Assembly (NCBI GenBank): GCA_022825385.1
Contig: JAJDWX010000037.1
Coordinates: 3,748 to 67,747 of the forward strand
Direction of reading: 5' to 3'
Origin: Rhodothermales bacterium
GTDB lineage: Bacteria; Bacteroidota; Rhodothermia; Rhodothermales; VXPQ01
Length of the DNA stretch: 64,000 nt
A program made the position numbers and the translations under genes. Below are positions 36,573 to 45,307 of this stretch, one piece after another (the first letter of the stretch is position 1; each line of letters begins with the position of its first letter). The notes beneath the pieces were generated by a model. That model did no database searches and was not told the origin of the DNA. It saw only the letters and a list, made by a program, of their open reading frames with translations.

Positions 36573-36643
36573 GCCATGGGCCCTGCCGCCGCCCGGGCTA
36601 TCCCGACCCATTGCATCGCGTTTGCGGATTTAATCAGCGTATC
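36573..36643. repeat. degenerate right-end fragment of the structured repeat
   Basis: CATGGGCCCTGCC ... GCGGATTTAATCAGCGTATCC parallels CATGGGGCCTGCC ... GCGGACTTAATCAGAGTATCC. It ends 2 nt before the ATG at 36646. Confidence 0.5.
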
Positions 36644-36645
36644 CC

Positions 36646-38139
36646 ATGAGCAAGAAAGGCTGGATATGGGGCGTTGCGCTGCTTCTGGCAGGCGCGCTTG
36701 TTGTTTTTACCCTTGGGCTGGACCGCGGCGACGCTCCGGGGTTCGTCCTCTTTCTGGGCAGGTTCCATCCCGTCGTCGTGCATTTCCCGATTGCGTTGTT
36801 GCTTCTGGGGGCTGCGGTCGAATTGCTTGGGTCGCGTTCCCGGAGTCTGGCGCGGGTGCGCCCGGTCGCGCCGTTTTTGCTTCTGCTGGGGGCCTTGTCC
36901 TCCCTCGCGGCGGTGGCGCTGGGGTATATGCTTTCGCTTGCCGGGGGGTATGCAGAGGGCTTGTTGACGCTGCATTTGCGGCTTGGCCTGGCGGTTACGG
37001 CGCTGGCTTTTGTGCTTGCGTTCTTTTCGGCCTGGTTGCCGGAGCCGGGCAAGGCATATCGGACGGCGTTGGCCGGGCTGGTCGCGCTGGTCGTGCTTGC
37101 GGGGCATTTCGGGGGCAGCCTGGCGCGCGGAAGCGGATATCTGACCTATTATTTGCCTGCGCCGGTCAAGTCGCTTTTAGGGGTTTCCGGCGGCGCGTCC
37201 GACGGGCTGATCGCCAATGTGGATTCGGCGTACGTGTATGCGGACCTGGTGCAGCCCGTGCTGGACAGGCGGTGCGTTTCGTGCCATGGTCCCGACAAGT
37301 CCAGCGGGGCCTTGCGGCTCGATACGCCCGAAGGCATCGAGGAAGGCGGGCGAGACGGGCCTGCTTTCGTCGCCGGTTATCCGGCCCAAAGCGAAATCTT
37401 GCGCCGCGTCACGCTCCCGCCCTACGACGAGGACGTCATGCCCCCCGACGGGGCCGCCCCGCTGGACGTGGGCGAAACCGAAGTCATCCGGTGGTGGATC
37501 GAAAACGGCGCTTCGTTCGCTATGCGCGTGGCGGAGATCGAGGAAACGCCCACGGCGGTCAGCACCTTTCTTGCCCGCGTGTCGCTGCCGCAAGCGGAGC
37601 GTCCTTCCGGCATTTTCGCGCTGGACGTGCCGCAGGCGGATACGAACGCGGTGGCGGCGTTGTCCGAGGCGGGCCTGACGGTTTCGCGCCTTTCGCCGGA
37701 CGCGCCGTTTTTGCATGTGGCCGCGGCCAGCGTGCGCGGGGATTTCGGGGACGCCGAACTGGCCGCCTTGCAGTCCGTCGCGCCGCAGATCGCAGGGCTG
37801 GATATAGGCCATACCCGGGTGACCGACGCCGGGGCCGCCGCGCTTGCAGGTTTCCCGCATCTCGTCCGCCTGCATCTCGAAGGCACGGGGGTGGGCGATG
37901 CGGCGCTCGAACAGCTCGCCGAACTGGACTATCTCGAATACCTGAACTTGTACGGTACGCAGGTGACCGACGCCGGGCTCGAACGCGTACGCGATTTGCC
38001 TGCGCTGCAAAGCATATATCTTTGGCGAAGTGGCGTGACGGAGGCGGGCGCCGAAGCCTTGCGCGCCGCCCGAAGCGATCTGGAGGTGAACATCGGCAGC
38101 GCCTTGCTTGCCGTACCCGATTCCACGGCGGCGGAATAA
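36646..38139 (+). CDS. membrane-anchored c-type cytochrome domain (PSCyt1-like) protein with leucine-rich repeats
   Basis: N-terminal TM region, haem motif CVSCHG followed by ALRLD, and C-terminal LRR-like repeats (LDIGHTRVTDAG, LNLYGTQVTDAG). Confidence 0.7.
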   Translation: MSKKGWIWGVALLLAGALVVFTLGLDRGDAPGFVLFLGRFHPVVVHFPIALLLLGAAVELLGSRSRSLARVRPVAPFLLLLGALSSLAAVALGYMLSLAGGYAEGLLTLHLRLGLAVTALAFVLAFFSAWLPEPGKAYRTALAGLVALVVLAGHFGGSLARGSGYLTYYLPAPVKSLLGVSGGASDGLIANVDSAYVYADLVQPVLDRRCVSCHGPDKSSGALRLDTPEGIEEGGRDGPAFVAGYPAQSEILRRVTLPPYDEDVMPPDGAAPLDVGETEVIRWWIENGASFAMRVAEIEETPTAVSTFLARVSLPQAERPSGIFALDVPQADTNAVAALSEAGLTVSRLSPDAPFLHVAAASVRGDFGDAELAALQSVAPQIAGLDIGHTRVTDAGAAALAGFPHLVRLHLEGTGVGDAALEQLAELDYLEYLNLYGTQVTDAGLERVRDLPALQSIYLWRSGVTEAGAEALRAARSDLEVNIGSALLAVPDSTAAE

Positions 38140-38340
38140 GCCGGCGCCGCAGAAAGGCGCCGAATCTGGCGTATTTCAACGAGGGGGCATGACGCGGGCG
38201 GGCGGGACGCGTCGAGGGAAGCGGTTTGGATCGGCGCATCTCATATTTGTTTTGCGCCGGTCGCTGGATTATCCTACCTTACCTTGCAACAGGGCCTTGC
38301 GGCCTGCTCCGGTTTCTCTCCCCAATTTTCTGGAAATGTC

Positions 38341-38772
38341 ATGACCCAAAGCCTGCGATTCGTTTCTTTCTGGAGCCTTGCGGCTTGCGTACTTGTTCTG
38401 AGCGGTTGCGCCGGTTCGGGCCGGACGGCCCACCCCCTGGTCGGCAGCTGGGACTACGCCGTCGAAGCGCCCGACGCCACGTACGAGGGCACGATTGCGT
38501 TTACGGACGGCGAAGAAGGGCTGGAGGGCTCGATTATCGGGGACGGTTTTTCGGAATCGCTTCCGCTGGGCGGCATTACGTTCGAGGAATCCATGCTTGA
38601 TTTCGAGTTCAATACGCCTGATTTCGGCAGAATGAAGGTGAACGTTCAGGTGGAGGGCGACGCTTTTTCCGGGAATCTGAACGTTGTGTCCTATGGCATG
38701 GAAGCGCCTATCACAGGCATGCGGGCCGCCTCGGAGGACGAGGAGGACGAAGAAGAGGAGGACGATAATTAA
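38341..38772 (+). CDS. hypothetical lipoprotein with acidic tail
   Basis: Start at MTQSLRF with lipobox LSGC. C-terminal SEDEEDEEEEDDN. Confidence 0.5.
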   Translation: MTQSLRFVSFWSLAACVLVLSGCAGSGRTAHPLVGSWDYAVEAPDATYEGTIAFTDGEEGLEGSIIGDGFSESLPLGGITFEESMLDFEFNTPDFGRMKVNVQVEGDAFSGNLNVVSYGMEAPITGMRAASEDEEDEEEEDDN

Positions 38773-38886
38773 CGTCCTTGCGCCCGGCGCCGCGGGTTTC
38801 TGCTTTGGCAAGGTTGCGTCGGGCGATGCGTTCGCATGTTATGTTCCGCCGCCGCAGCCGCGTCGGCGCGTGTATTGGGGTATGCC

Positions 38887-40122
38887 ATGGAACGCCTGAT
38901 TAGCCTGCTGGGCCTTTTCGTGTTTATGGGATTGGCCTGGCTTGTCGGCGAGCGCAACAAGTCGATAAACTGGCGCATTGTAGCAGGCGGCCTGTTCTTG
39001 CAATTCGCGCTGGCGCTTTTCATTTTCAAAACGCCGATAGGCGCCGCCGTATTCCAGGCGGCGGGCTATTTTTTCGAATCCCTGCTGGGTTTCGTCGACG
39101 CCGGGACCAGCCTTGTATTCGGCGAGGAATACGCGCACCACTTCTTTGCTTTCAAGGTGTTGCCGACCATCATTTTCTTTTCCTCGCTCATGTTCGTGCT
39201 GTATCACCTTGGCCTGTTTCAGAAAGTGATCGGGGCGTGCGCCTGGGCGATGCAGCGTACGTTGGGTACTTCGGGCGCGGAGACGGTGTCCGCGGCGGCG
39301 AATGTTTTCGTGGGGCAGACGGAGGCGCCGCTTATCGTCGGGCCGTACGTGGAAAGCATGACCAAAGCTGAATTGATGGCGCTCATGGTGGGCGGGTTCG
39401 CTACCATTGCCGGGGGCGTGCTCGCGGCCTACGTGAGCCTTGGGGTGGATGCGGTGCATTTGCTGGCTGCTTCGGTGATTTCGGCGCCGGCGGCCCTCTT
39501 GATTGCCCGGTTGATGATTCCCGAAACGGAACCGTCTCGCACGATGGGCAAGGTGTCCGTGCATGTCGAGAAAAAACACGCCAATGTGGTGCATGCGGCG
39601 TCCGAAGGCGCGCTCGAAGGGTTGAAACTGACCCTGAACGTGGCGGCCCTGCTCATTGCCGTGCTGGCGCTGGTGGCGATGGCCGATGCGATCCTGTCGG
39701 CTACGGGCGGATGGGTCGGCGGGCTTTTCGGGTACGACCACTGGGACTGGTCGCTGGCCAATATTTTCGGGTACGCTTTCGCCCCGATCGCCTGGTTGCT
39801 GGGGATTCCCTGGGCCGATGCGCTCTACGCCGGCGAATTGATGGGCCTCAAGATCGTATTCAACGAGTTTATTGCCTATACCCAAATGGTCGAATGGCTG
39901 CAACCGGATTCGGGCGTGGCGCTTAGCGAGCGCAGTACGCTTATTTTGACCTATGCCTTGTGCGGATTCGCAAATTTCGGGAGCGTAGGCATCCAGATCG
40001 GAGGGATTGGAGGCATTGCGCCGGGGCGCCGCGCAGAACTGGCGCGGCTTGGGATCAAAGCGATGCTCGGCGGCGCGCTCGCCACGATGATGACGGCGTG
40101 CGTGGCGGGCATCCTGCTTTGA
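38887..40122 (+). CDS. nupC: NupC/CNT family nucleoside transporter
   Basis: Start at MERLISLLG. CNT-like along its length (GQTEAPL, GFATIAG). Confidence 0.9.
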   Translation: MERLISLLGLFVFMGLAWLVGERNKSINWRIVAGGLFLQFALALFIFKTPIGAAVFQAAGYFFESLLGFVDAGTSLVFGEEYAHHFFAFKVLPTIIFFSSLMFVLYHLGLFQKVIGACAWAMQRTLGTSGAETVSAAANVFVGQTEAPLIVGPYVESMTKAELMALMVGGFATIAGGVLAAYVSLGVDAVHLLAASVISAPAALLIARLMIPETEPSRTMGKVSVHVEKKHANVVHAASEGALEGLKLTLNVAALLIAVLALVAMADAILSATGGWVGGLFGYDHWDWSLANIFGYAFAPIAWLLGIPWADALYAGELMGLKIVFNEFIAYTQMVEWLQPDSGVALSERSTLILTYALCGFANFGSVGIQIGGIGGIAPGRRAELARLGIKAMLGGALATMMTACVAGILL

Positions 40123-40195
40123 TCGCTTCCGGCAAGGCGCCGCGCGCGGGTTGCGGCGGGGCGTTTTGCGTCTTGCCGACGAGCGCTAGGGGCGG

Positions 40196-40597
40196 TTACC
40201 AGGCCCCGAGGATGCCGCCCATCACGACGAAGTTCACGGCATGGTATCCTGCATTGATGAAATACAGTTTCATGGATTTCTTCTCGAACAGGTACGAGGT
40301 GCCCATGGCGGCGCATACCCATCCGATTCCGGCAAGCGCGCCGGCGCCCATGCCCCAGTAGAACGTAGCGTCCGGCCCAAGGAACAGGTCCAGGTTGAAG
40401 GCGATGACGAGAGCCAGGAAGAAGGCGGTGCCGTATATAAGCCCCATATCGCCGCTTTGTATGTCTTCTTCGGTAAATTCGTTTTCTTCCATCCAGGCTT
40501 CGCCGAAAAGGATGGGCGAATACCAGAGCATGCCTACGGCGAAGCTGGACAAGGCCGCCACGAGGACGGACAGGTAGTTGATCGAAGAGAAATCCAT
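40196..40597 (-). CDS. DUF1761 membrane protein
   Basis: Start at MDFSSINYL. 133 aa with WYSPILFGEAW. Confidence 0.7.
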   Translation of the reverse strand: MDFSSINYLSVLVAALSSFAVGMLWYSPILFGEAWMEENEFTEEDIQSGDMGLIYGTAFFLALVIAFNLDLFLGPDATFYWGMGAGALAGIGWVCAAMGTSYLFEKKSMKLYFINAGYHAVNFVVMGGILGAW

Positions 40598-40726
40598 GAC
40601 GATACGCAAAGGTCGGGTGGATGAGGGCGGGTTTCGCGTCCGCAAGTTAACGCTTTCTTCATGATTATGGCAAATTTCTTGCGGACGGGCGATACGTTTC
40701 CGGGCGGCGCCCGCCGAGAACGGATG

Positions 40727-40860
40727 CGGCGATTTTATTTGACGCGAAACTGCAATCGGGCCTTTCGGGGACGAGGAAATTGTCTTTAAATATTTGATAT
40801 ATAAATATTTATAGGAAGTAATTTTTATTTGACGGTTATTTGATCGGATGGGGTGTTTTG
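40727..40860. repeat. 134-bp direct repeat, left copy (islet boundary)
   Basis: Matches 44989-45122: identical over the first 24 nt and the last ~41 nt, diverged in the middle. Contains repeated TTATTTGA(C/T) motifs. Confidence 0.9.
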
Positions 40861-40918
40861 TGGAAACAATCCGGCCTGGATTTATGTTATAGAACACAGA
40901 AACCGTGAAACTGTGGCT

Positions 40919-41194
40919 ATGAAAAAGAACATCACCGTATCCATAGACGAGCAGACCTACCGCTGCGCTCGCATCCGGGCGGCGGAACTGGACACATCGG
41001 TTTCCGCCCTGGTGCAGGGGTATTTGAGGAGTTTGGCGCCTGGCGGTACGGTGGATAACGGGCAGACTGTAGCATCGGGGTCCGAACGCCGCCGTCGGAT
41101 GTTGACGGAGGTCATTGAGGACATCCATGTCGCTTCGCCCGATTTCAAGGCCGCCGATAACCTGCCTCGCGAGGAGCTGCACGAGCGGGGGTAG
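40919..41194 (+). CDS. vapB: ribbon-helix-helix (CopG/VapB-like) antitoxin
   Basis: MKKNITVSIDEQTYRCARIRAAELDTSVSALVQGYL; lies upstream of a PIN gene. Confidence 0.7.
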   Translation: MKKNITVSIDEQTYRCARIRAAELDTSVSALVQGYLRSLAPGGTVDNGQTVASGSERRRRMLTEVIEDIHVASPDFKAADNLPREELHERG

Positions 41195-41256
41195 CGTTGG
41201 GGGGCGTGTGTAGTGATATTTGTTGAACGCCAGGATTGCGAATGCGAAGAGGTTTG

Positions 41257-41682
41257 ATGCGCTTTCTTGATACGAATATTCTGATCTATGCGGTCAGTCC
41301 GGCCCCTGACGAAGTCGAAAAGCAGCGTTTGGCTCAGCGGCTGTTGGAAATGGGCGATCTTGCCTTATCCGTCCAGGTACTCCAGGAGTTCTATCATCAG
41401 GTAACGCGTCCCGGCCGTCCTGGAGCGATTACCCAGGACCGTGCGCTACAATTTATCGAGCGTATCGGTCATTTCCCCGTGCAGCATATCACGCTTGACG
41501 TGTTCCGCGAAGCGGTGGCTATCAGCCGCCGTTTTCAACTGTCCTATTGGGACGCCGCGATCCTTGCGGCTGCGCGTATCCTGGGTTGCGATGCAGTGTA
41601 TACCGAAGACTTGAACGCGGGACAGGATTACGGGGGCGTTCGCGCGGTGAATCCGTTCGCGGATTCGGCGGGATTGCGGTAG
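41257..41682 (+). CDS. vapC: PIN-domain toxin VapC
   Basis: MRFLDTNILIYA, VLQEF, SYWDAAILAAA and YTED (PIN acidic residues). Alternative starts at 41236 and 41242. Confidence 0.85.
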   Translation: MRFLDTNILIYAVSPAPDEVEKQRLAQRLLEMGDLALSVQVLQEFYHQVTRPGRPGAITQDRALQFIERIGHFPVQHITLDVFREAVAISRRFQLSYWDAAILAAARILGCDAVYTEDLNAGQDYGGVRAVNPFADSAGLR

Positions 41683-41863
41683 AGGCGTGTGCGCATCGGC
41701 GCCTGTTTACGGATCCTTCCTGTCGGGTCTTTGCAGCATGTCGTCTTGAGAATCTGGAACTTCAGGCATATGGTGAGTTGGAATCGTATCCAGGCTTACA
41801 ATCGCGTTAATCGGGACCTCGGTTACCCGGCCATCGACATCAGAACCCCGGCGGAGATCGATC

Positions 41864-42052
41864 ATGTCCAGGGAGACGAAGAAAAAGAAGTTTGATTGCG
41901 TCCAATACACTCGCGAAGTGCGTACGCAGCTGCAGAAGGAAACTGCACATATGATCGCGGAGGAAAGGGTGGCGTTCTATCGGAACCAGACGTACGCGAA
42001 TCCTGTACTGGCCCGGTTGGCGGCGATGTCGCCGCAACGAAAGGAGCGGTAG
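41864..42052 (+). CDS. small protein, unrecognised family (KFDCV-x-[FY]-x-RE), paralogue 1
   Basis: 62 aa: KKKKFDCVQYTREVRTQLQKETAHMIAEERVAFY. It shares a collinear motif with three other ORFs in this window. Confidence 0.55.
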   Translation: MSRETKKKKFDCVQYTREVRTQLQKETAHMIAEERVAFYRNQTYANPVLARLAAMSPQRKER

Positions 42053-42125
42053 CTCAGCGTCGCCCCGATGCGGGAAGCGTCGGGATTGCATCTATTCACT
42101 TGCCCATTTCCGGAGGCCGTTCGTC

Positions 42126-42308
42126 ATGGCAGAGAAAGCCGAAAAGAAATTCGATTGCGTTCGGTTCATGCGCGAAGCGCGCAGGAGGATTTACGAGGAA
42201 ACAAAGCACATGAGCCACGAGGAATTGAGCGAGTATTACCGGGCGTTTCGCGAAAGCGATCCGCTGTGGAAGCGCTTGAAGGCCCGGGAGAAAGAGCAAG
42301 CGCGGTAG
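42126..42308 (+). CDS. small protein, same family, paralogue 2
   Basis: 60 aa: EKKFDCVRFMREARRRIYEETKHMSHEELSEYY. Confidence 0.55.
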   Translation: MAEKAEKKFDCVRFMREARRRIYEETKHMSHEELSEYYRAFRESDPLWKRLKAREKEQAR

Positions 42309-42334
42309 GTTTCGTTTTCTGGAGATATTCGGGT

Positions 42335-42526
42335 ATGGAAGCCGCAAGCAAATTCGACTGCGTTCAGTTCATGCGCGAGGCATGGGCCCGCATGGACGCG
42401 GAGACCGAAGGCGTGGCCGACGAGGGGCGGGCGTGGTACAAATCAAGAGAATACGCCGATTCCTGGTTGCCGAAAATGTCCGGGCGGATGCGGGGTCAGC
42501 GCGGTGCATTGAGCCAGAAACCATGA
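42335..42526 (+). CDS. small protein, same family, paralogue 3
   Basis: 63 aa starting at MEAASKFDCVQFMREAWARMDAETEGVADEGRAWY. Its stop overlaps the next ATG (ATGA). Confidence 0.55.
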   Translation: MEAASKFDCVQFMREAWARMDAETEGVADEGRAWYKSREYADSWLPKMSGRMRGQRGALSQKP

Positions 42527-42702
42527 GCGAAACGGCAATCATCTTCGAAGTCGCCGGGTCCCCGGATGGCGGATGCGAGGGGCAGGTGCTTGGCCGCGGC
42601 ATGTTTACGCAGGGCGACGATTGGGCTGACCTGAAGAAGATGGCGCGGGATTTACACGTTTTGCTATTTTTACCACTTTCAGTTTGTGCCAAGAAAAGAT
42701 GA
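42523..42702 (+). CDS. HicB-like antitoxin N-terminal domain, probably 3'-truncated
   Basis: MSETAIIFEVAGSPDGGCEGQVLGRGMFTQGDDWADLKKMARD resembles the HicB-like fold pattern (IFEV..PDGGY..ALG.GI.TQGD). The tail (LHVLLFLPLSVCAKKR) coincides with a drop in GC. Confidence 0.45.
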   Translation: MSETAIIFEVAGSPDGGCEGQVLGRGMFTQGDDWADLKKMARDLHVLLFLPLSVCAKKR

Positions 42703-42723
42703 GATTCTCACGAGCATAATCCA

Positions 42724-44958
42724 ATGAAAGACGCCCAGAAACCAGACCATGTCAGTTTGACGACGCTTATCGAACGCCTTCGCGAGGGCCGCTTCGTTAT
42801 CCCGGATTTCCAGCGCGATTTTGAGTGGAAGCCATGGGATATCCGTGATCTAGTCCGGTCGATTTTTCTCGACTACTACATCGGCAGTCTGCTCCTGTGG
42901 AAGGGCAAGTCAGAGAACTTTGCCGCGCTTTCCTGCGAGGCTATTTACGGCTACCCCGATCCCGACGACGGTGATCCCGTGCACATCGTTCTGGATGGTC
43001 AGCAGCGCCTGACTGCGATGCACTATGTTTTCCTTGCGCCGGACAAGCCGCTCCCTAATCGCTCGAACCGCTTCCTCTATTTCATTCATGTTGATCGCTT
43101 CATGGAGGAGGCTTATGACGAGGCATTCATGTATGATTGGACCCAGAGAGGCGTGAATCTTCTCGCGGATCCGAGTGCGCAGTTCGAGAATCACCTGTTC
43201 CCCGTCTCGGTCGTTGGACAAGGCGGCTGGGAACTTCCGAACTGGGTCCAAGGCTACGAGAAGTACTGGCGTGACAAGAAGAAGGCCGCTCAAGCGGACG
43301 GCGACGAAGGAGCGGCACAAGAGGCGGAACGGCGTAGAAGCGATGCCGACGCTTTCGGACAGCACCTCAAGACCATTACCGAGCAATACCAAATCTCCTA
43401 CATCGAGCTAGACCGCAACCTCTATATTGACAAGGTCTGTGATATTTTCACCCAGATAAACAGCCGTGGGATTCGCCTTGATGTCTTCGATCTCGTCAAC
43501 GCGATGCTGAAACCGAAGGGCCTTCAACTCAAGCATCTATGGCGCGAGGCTGCACCGCGCCTTGATTTCGTTGATACCGAGCGGATGAATGTCTACCTGC
43601 TTCAGGTGATGTCCATCCTGCGTCAGGCCTATTGCTCGCCCAAATATCTCTATTACCTGCTTCCCGGACAAGAGAAAAAAGTACGTGAGCCGGATGGCTC
43701 GTTGCGAAGAGAAATATTGGTTCCTGATGTTTCGGAATTTGAACGGCGTTGGAATGCGGCCGTTGAGGCGGTTGAAAGTGCGATCAAGTTGCTGCGTCAT
43801 CCGCAGGAGTTCGGCGCCATTTCGTCCCAATACCTCCCGTACGTTTCGATTCTTCCTGCGTTCGCGGCGCTTCAGACAGTCCTTGGTGAACTTCCTCCAC
43901 CCCGCCAACTCGATGCCCAGCGCAAGTTGCGTCATTGGTACTGGGCCAGCGTATTCACCAATCGCTACTCCGGTTCGGTAGAGTCTACCAGTGCCCGCGA
44001 CTACCTTGACGTAAAGGCTTGGTTCGACGATGATGCTGCGGTGCCGGGCCTGATTGCGGAATTCCGGGCGCGCTTCAAGAATTTGGACCTACGCCGGGAA
44101 ACCAAGCGCGGCACTTCTGTCTACAACGGTATCTTCAATCTACTCGTGCTGCACGGCGCACGTGACTGGATGACCGGCAATGTTTCCCAGTACGACGATC
44201 TTGATGATCACCACATTGTTCCTAAAAATTGGGGGAAGGAGAACGGCCTCCACGGGAACATTGATACGATCCTAAACCGTACTCCGCTCAGTGCTGACAC
44301 CAATCGCAACGTCATTCGCGAGCGCCTGCCGAATGAGTACCTGCCCGAGTTGATGTCGGCCAGTGGCGAATCCAGCGTTCGGGCCACCTTGGAATCACAT
44401 TTCATTTCTCCTGCGGCAATTGAGATATTGTTAGCCGACCCATTCACGAAGAATGACTTTGAGTCCTTTCTTGCGGAGCGGCAACGTACGCTCCAGAATG
44501 CAATTGAAGACTTGCTGGTAAAGGAACGGCTAGACCTCCCACCCCAATTGCGTGAACTGGATGCAAATATCGAGAAGGTCGAGCTTGTTTTGCGTTGCGC
44601 CATTGACGAGACACTGGACGGAGATCCCTCTCAGCTCCCGCACCATGTACGGCAAAAGATTGGGGAGCGATTGCAGATTGCTGCGAGGAAGAATGCCGCA
44701 CTCGACGGCGAGCACTACGAGTCGCTCGGGGGCAAACTTGAGTATGCCGACCTGCGTGAGTTGCAGGACACGATCACAAATAAGGGACTTTGGCATCGCT
44801 TTGAAGGGCGCTTCGCAAATAAAGAGGTGCTTGCAAGGCGATTCGGACAGCTCGCAGATATTCGGAACGGTATCCGCCACAGCCGCAGCGTGGACGAGAT
44901 CACGCGGAAGGAAGGCGAAGCGGCAATCCTGTGGTTTGAGCAGGTCACCGGAACATGA
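42724..44958 (+). CDS. DUF262-DUF1524 (GmrSD-like) nuclease fused to a C-terminal Swt1-like HEPN domain
   Basis: N-terminus has IPDFQRDFEWK and VLDGQQRLTA (DUF262). The middle has DDHHIVPKNWG ... ILNRTPLSADTNRN (DUF1524 His-Me finger). The C-terminus has LADIRNGIRHSRSV (Rx4H) followed by GEAAILWF. Confidence 0.85.
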   Translation: MKDAQKPDHVSLTTLIERLREGRFVIPDFQRDFEWKPWDIRDLVRSIFLDYYIGSLLLWKGKSENFAALSCEAIYGYPDPDDGDPVHIVLDGQQRLTAMHYVFLAPDKPLPNRSNRFLYFIHVDRFMEEAYDEAFMYDWTQRGVNLLADPSAQFENHLFPVSVVGQGGWELPNWVQGYEKYWRDKKKAAQADGDEGAAQEAERRRSDADAFGQHLKTITEQYQISYIELDRNLYIDKVCDIFTQINSRGIRLDVFDLVNAMLKPKGLQLKHLWREAAPRLDFVDTERMNVYLLQVMSILRQAYCSPKYLYYLLPGQEKKVREPDGSLRREILVPDVSEFERRWNAAVEAVESAIKLLRHPQEFGAISSQYLPYVSILPAFAALQTVLGELPPPRQLDAQRKLRHWYWASVFTNRYSGSVESTSARDYLDVKAWFDDDAAVPGLIAEFRARFKNLDLRRETKRGTSVYNGIFNLLVLHGARDWMTGNVSQYDDLDDHHIVPKNWGKENGLHGNIDTILNRTPLSADTNRNVIRERLPNEYLPELMSASGESSVRATLESHFISPAAIEILLADPFTKNDFESFLAERQRTLQNAIEDLLVKERLDLPPQLRELDANIEKVELVLRCAIDETLDGDPSQLPHHVRQKIGERLQIAARKNAALDGEHYESLGGKLEYADLRELQDTITNKGLWHRFEGRFANKEVLARRFGQLADIRNGIRHSRSVDEITRKEGEAAILWFEQVTGT

Positions 44959-44988
44959 TCGCTGGGCTAAATTTCCACACGGTTTTAT

Positions 44989-45122
44989 CGGCGATTTTAT
45001 TTGACGCGAAACGGCCGTCGGGCCTTTCGGGGATGGGAAAATTATTCTTAAACATCTGATATATAAATACTTAAATGAAGAAATTTTTATTTGACGGTTA
45101 TTTGATCGGATGGGGTGTTTTG
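44989..45122. repeat. 134-bp direct repeat, right copy (islet boundary)
   Basis: See 40727-40860. Confidence 0.9.
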
Positions 45123-45307
45123 GGGTCATAGCAAGGGTGTTCGCAGCACATGGCTATCGCCAGTCCGGGCACGAAAGCCGCAACAAATCCGATTGCAATC
45201 GGTTCATGCTTGAGGCCCGGGGCCGTATCGATGCGGCGACTGCGGGCATGACCGACGAGGAGCGGTTGGCGTGGTACAGTTCCAGGAAATACACCGAAGT
45301 CCCGTGA
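45110..45307 (+). CDS. small protein, same KFDCV-like family, paralogue 4 (diverged)
   Basis: NKSDCNRFMLEARGRIDAATAGMTDEERLAWY is collinear with paralogues 1-3. The start is uncertain (ATG 45110 lies inside the repeat; GTG 45137 is an alternative). Its stop overlaps the GTG of the next gene. Confidence 0.45.
   Translation: MGCFGVIARVFAAHGYRQSGHESRNKSDCNRFMLEARGRIDAATAGMTDEERLAWYSSRKYTEVP

Noticed and set aside
40598-41182. The N-terminal extension of the DUF1761 ORF (40196-41182) and the ORF 44530-45129, which share a similar peptide (HPIRSNNRQIKI...).
   Set aside because: The shared peptide is simply the 134-bp direct repeat translated on the minus strand. The DUF1761 homology begins at the internal Met (40597).
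41689-41895. A 68-aa ORF between vapC and the first small paralogue.
   Set aside because: It has no recognisable motif and overlaps the start of paralogue 1. It may be a remnant, but there is no support for a gene.
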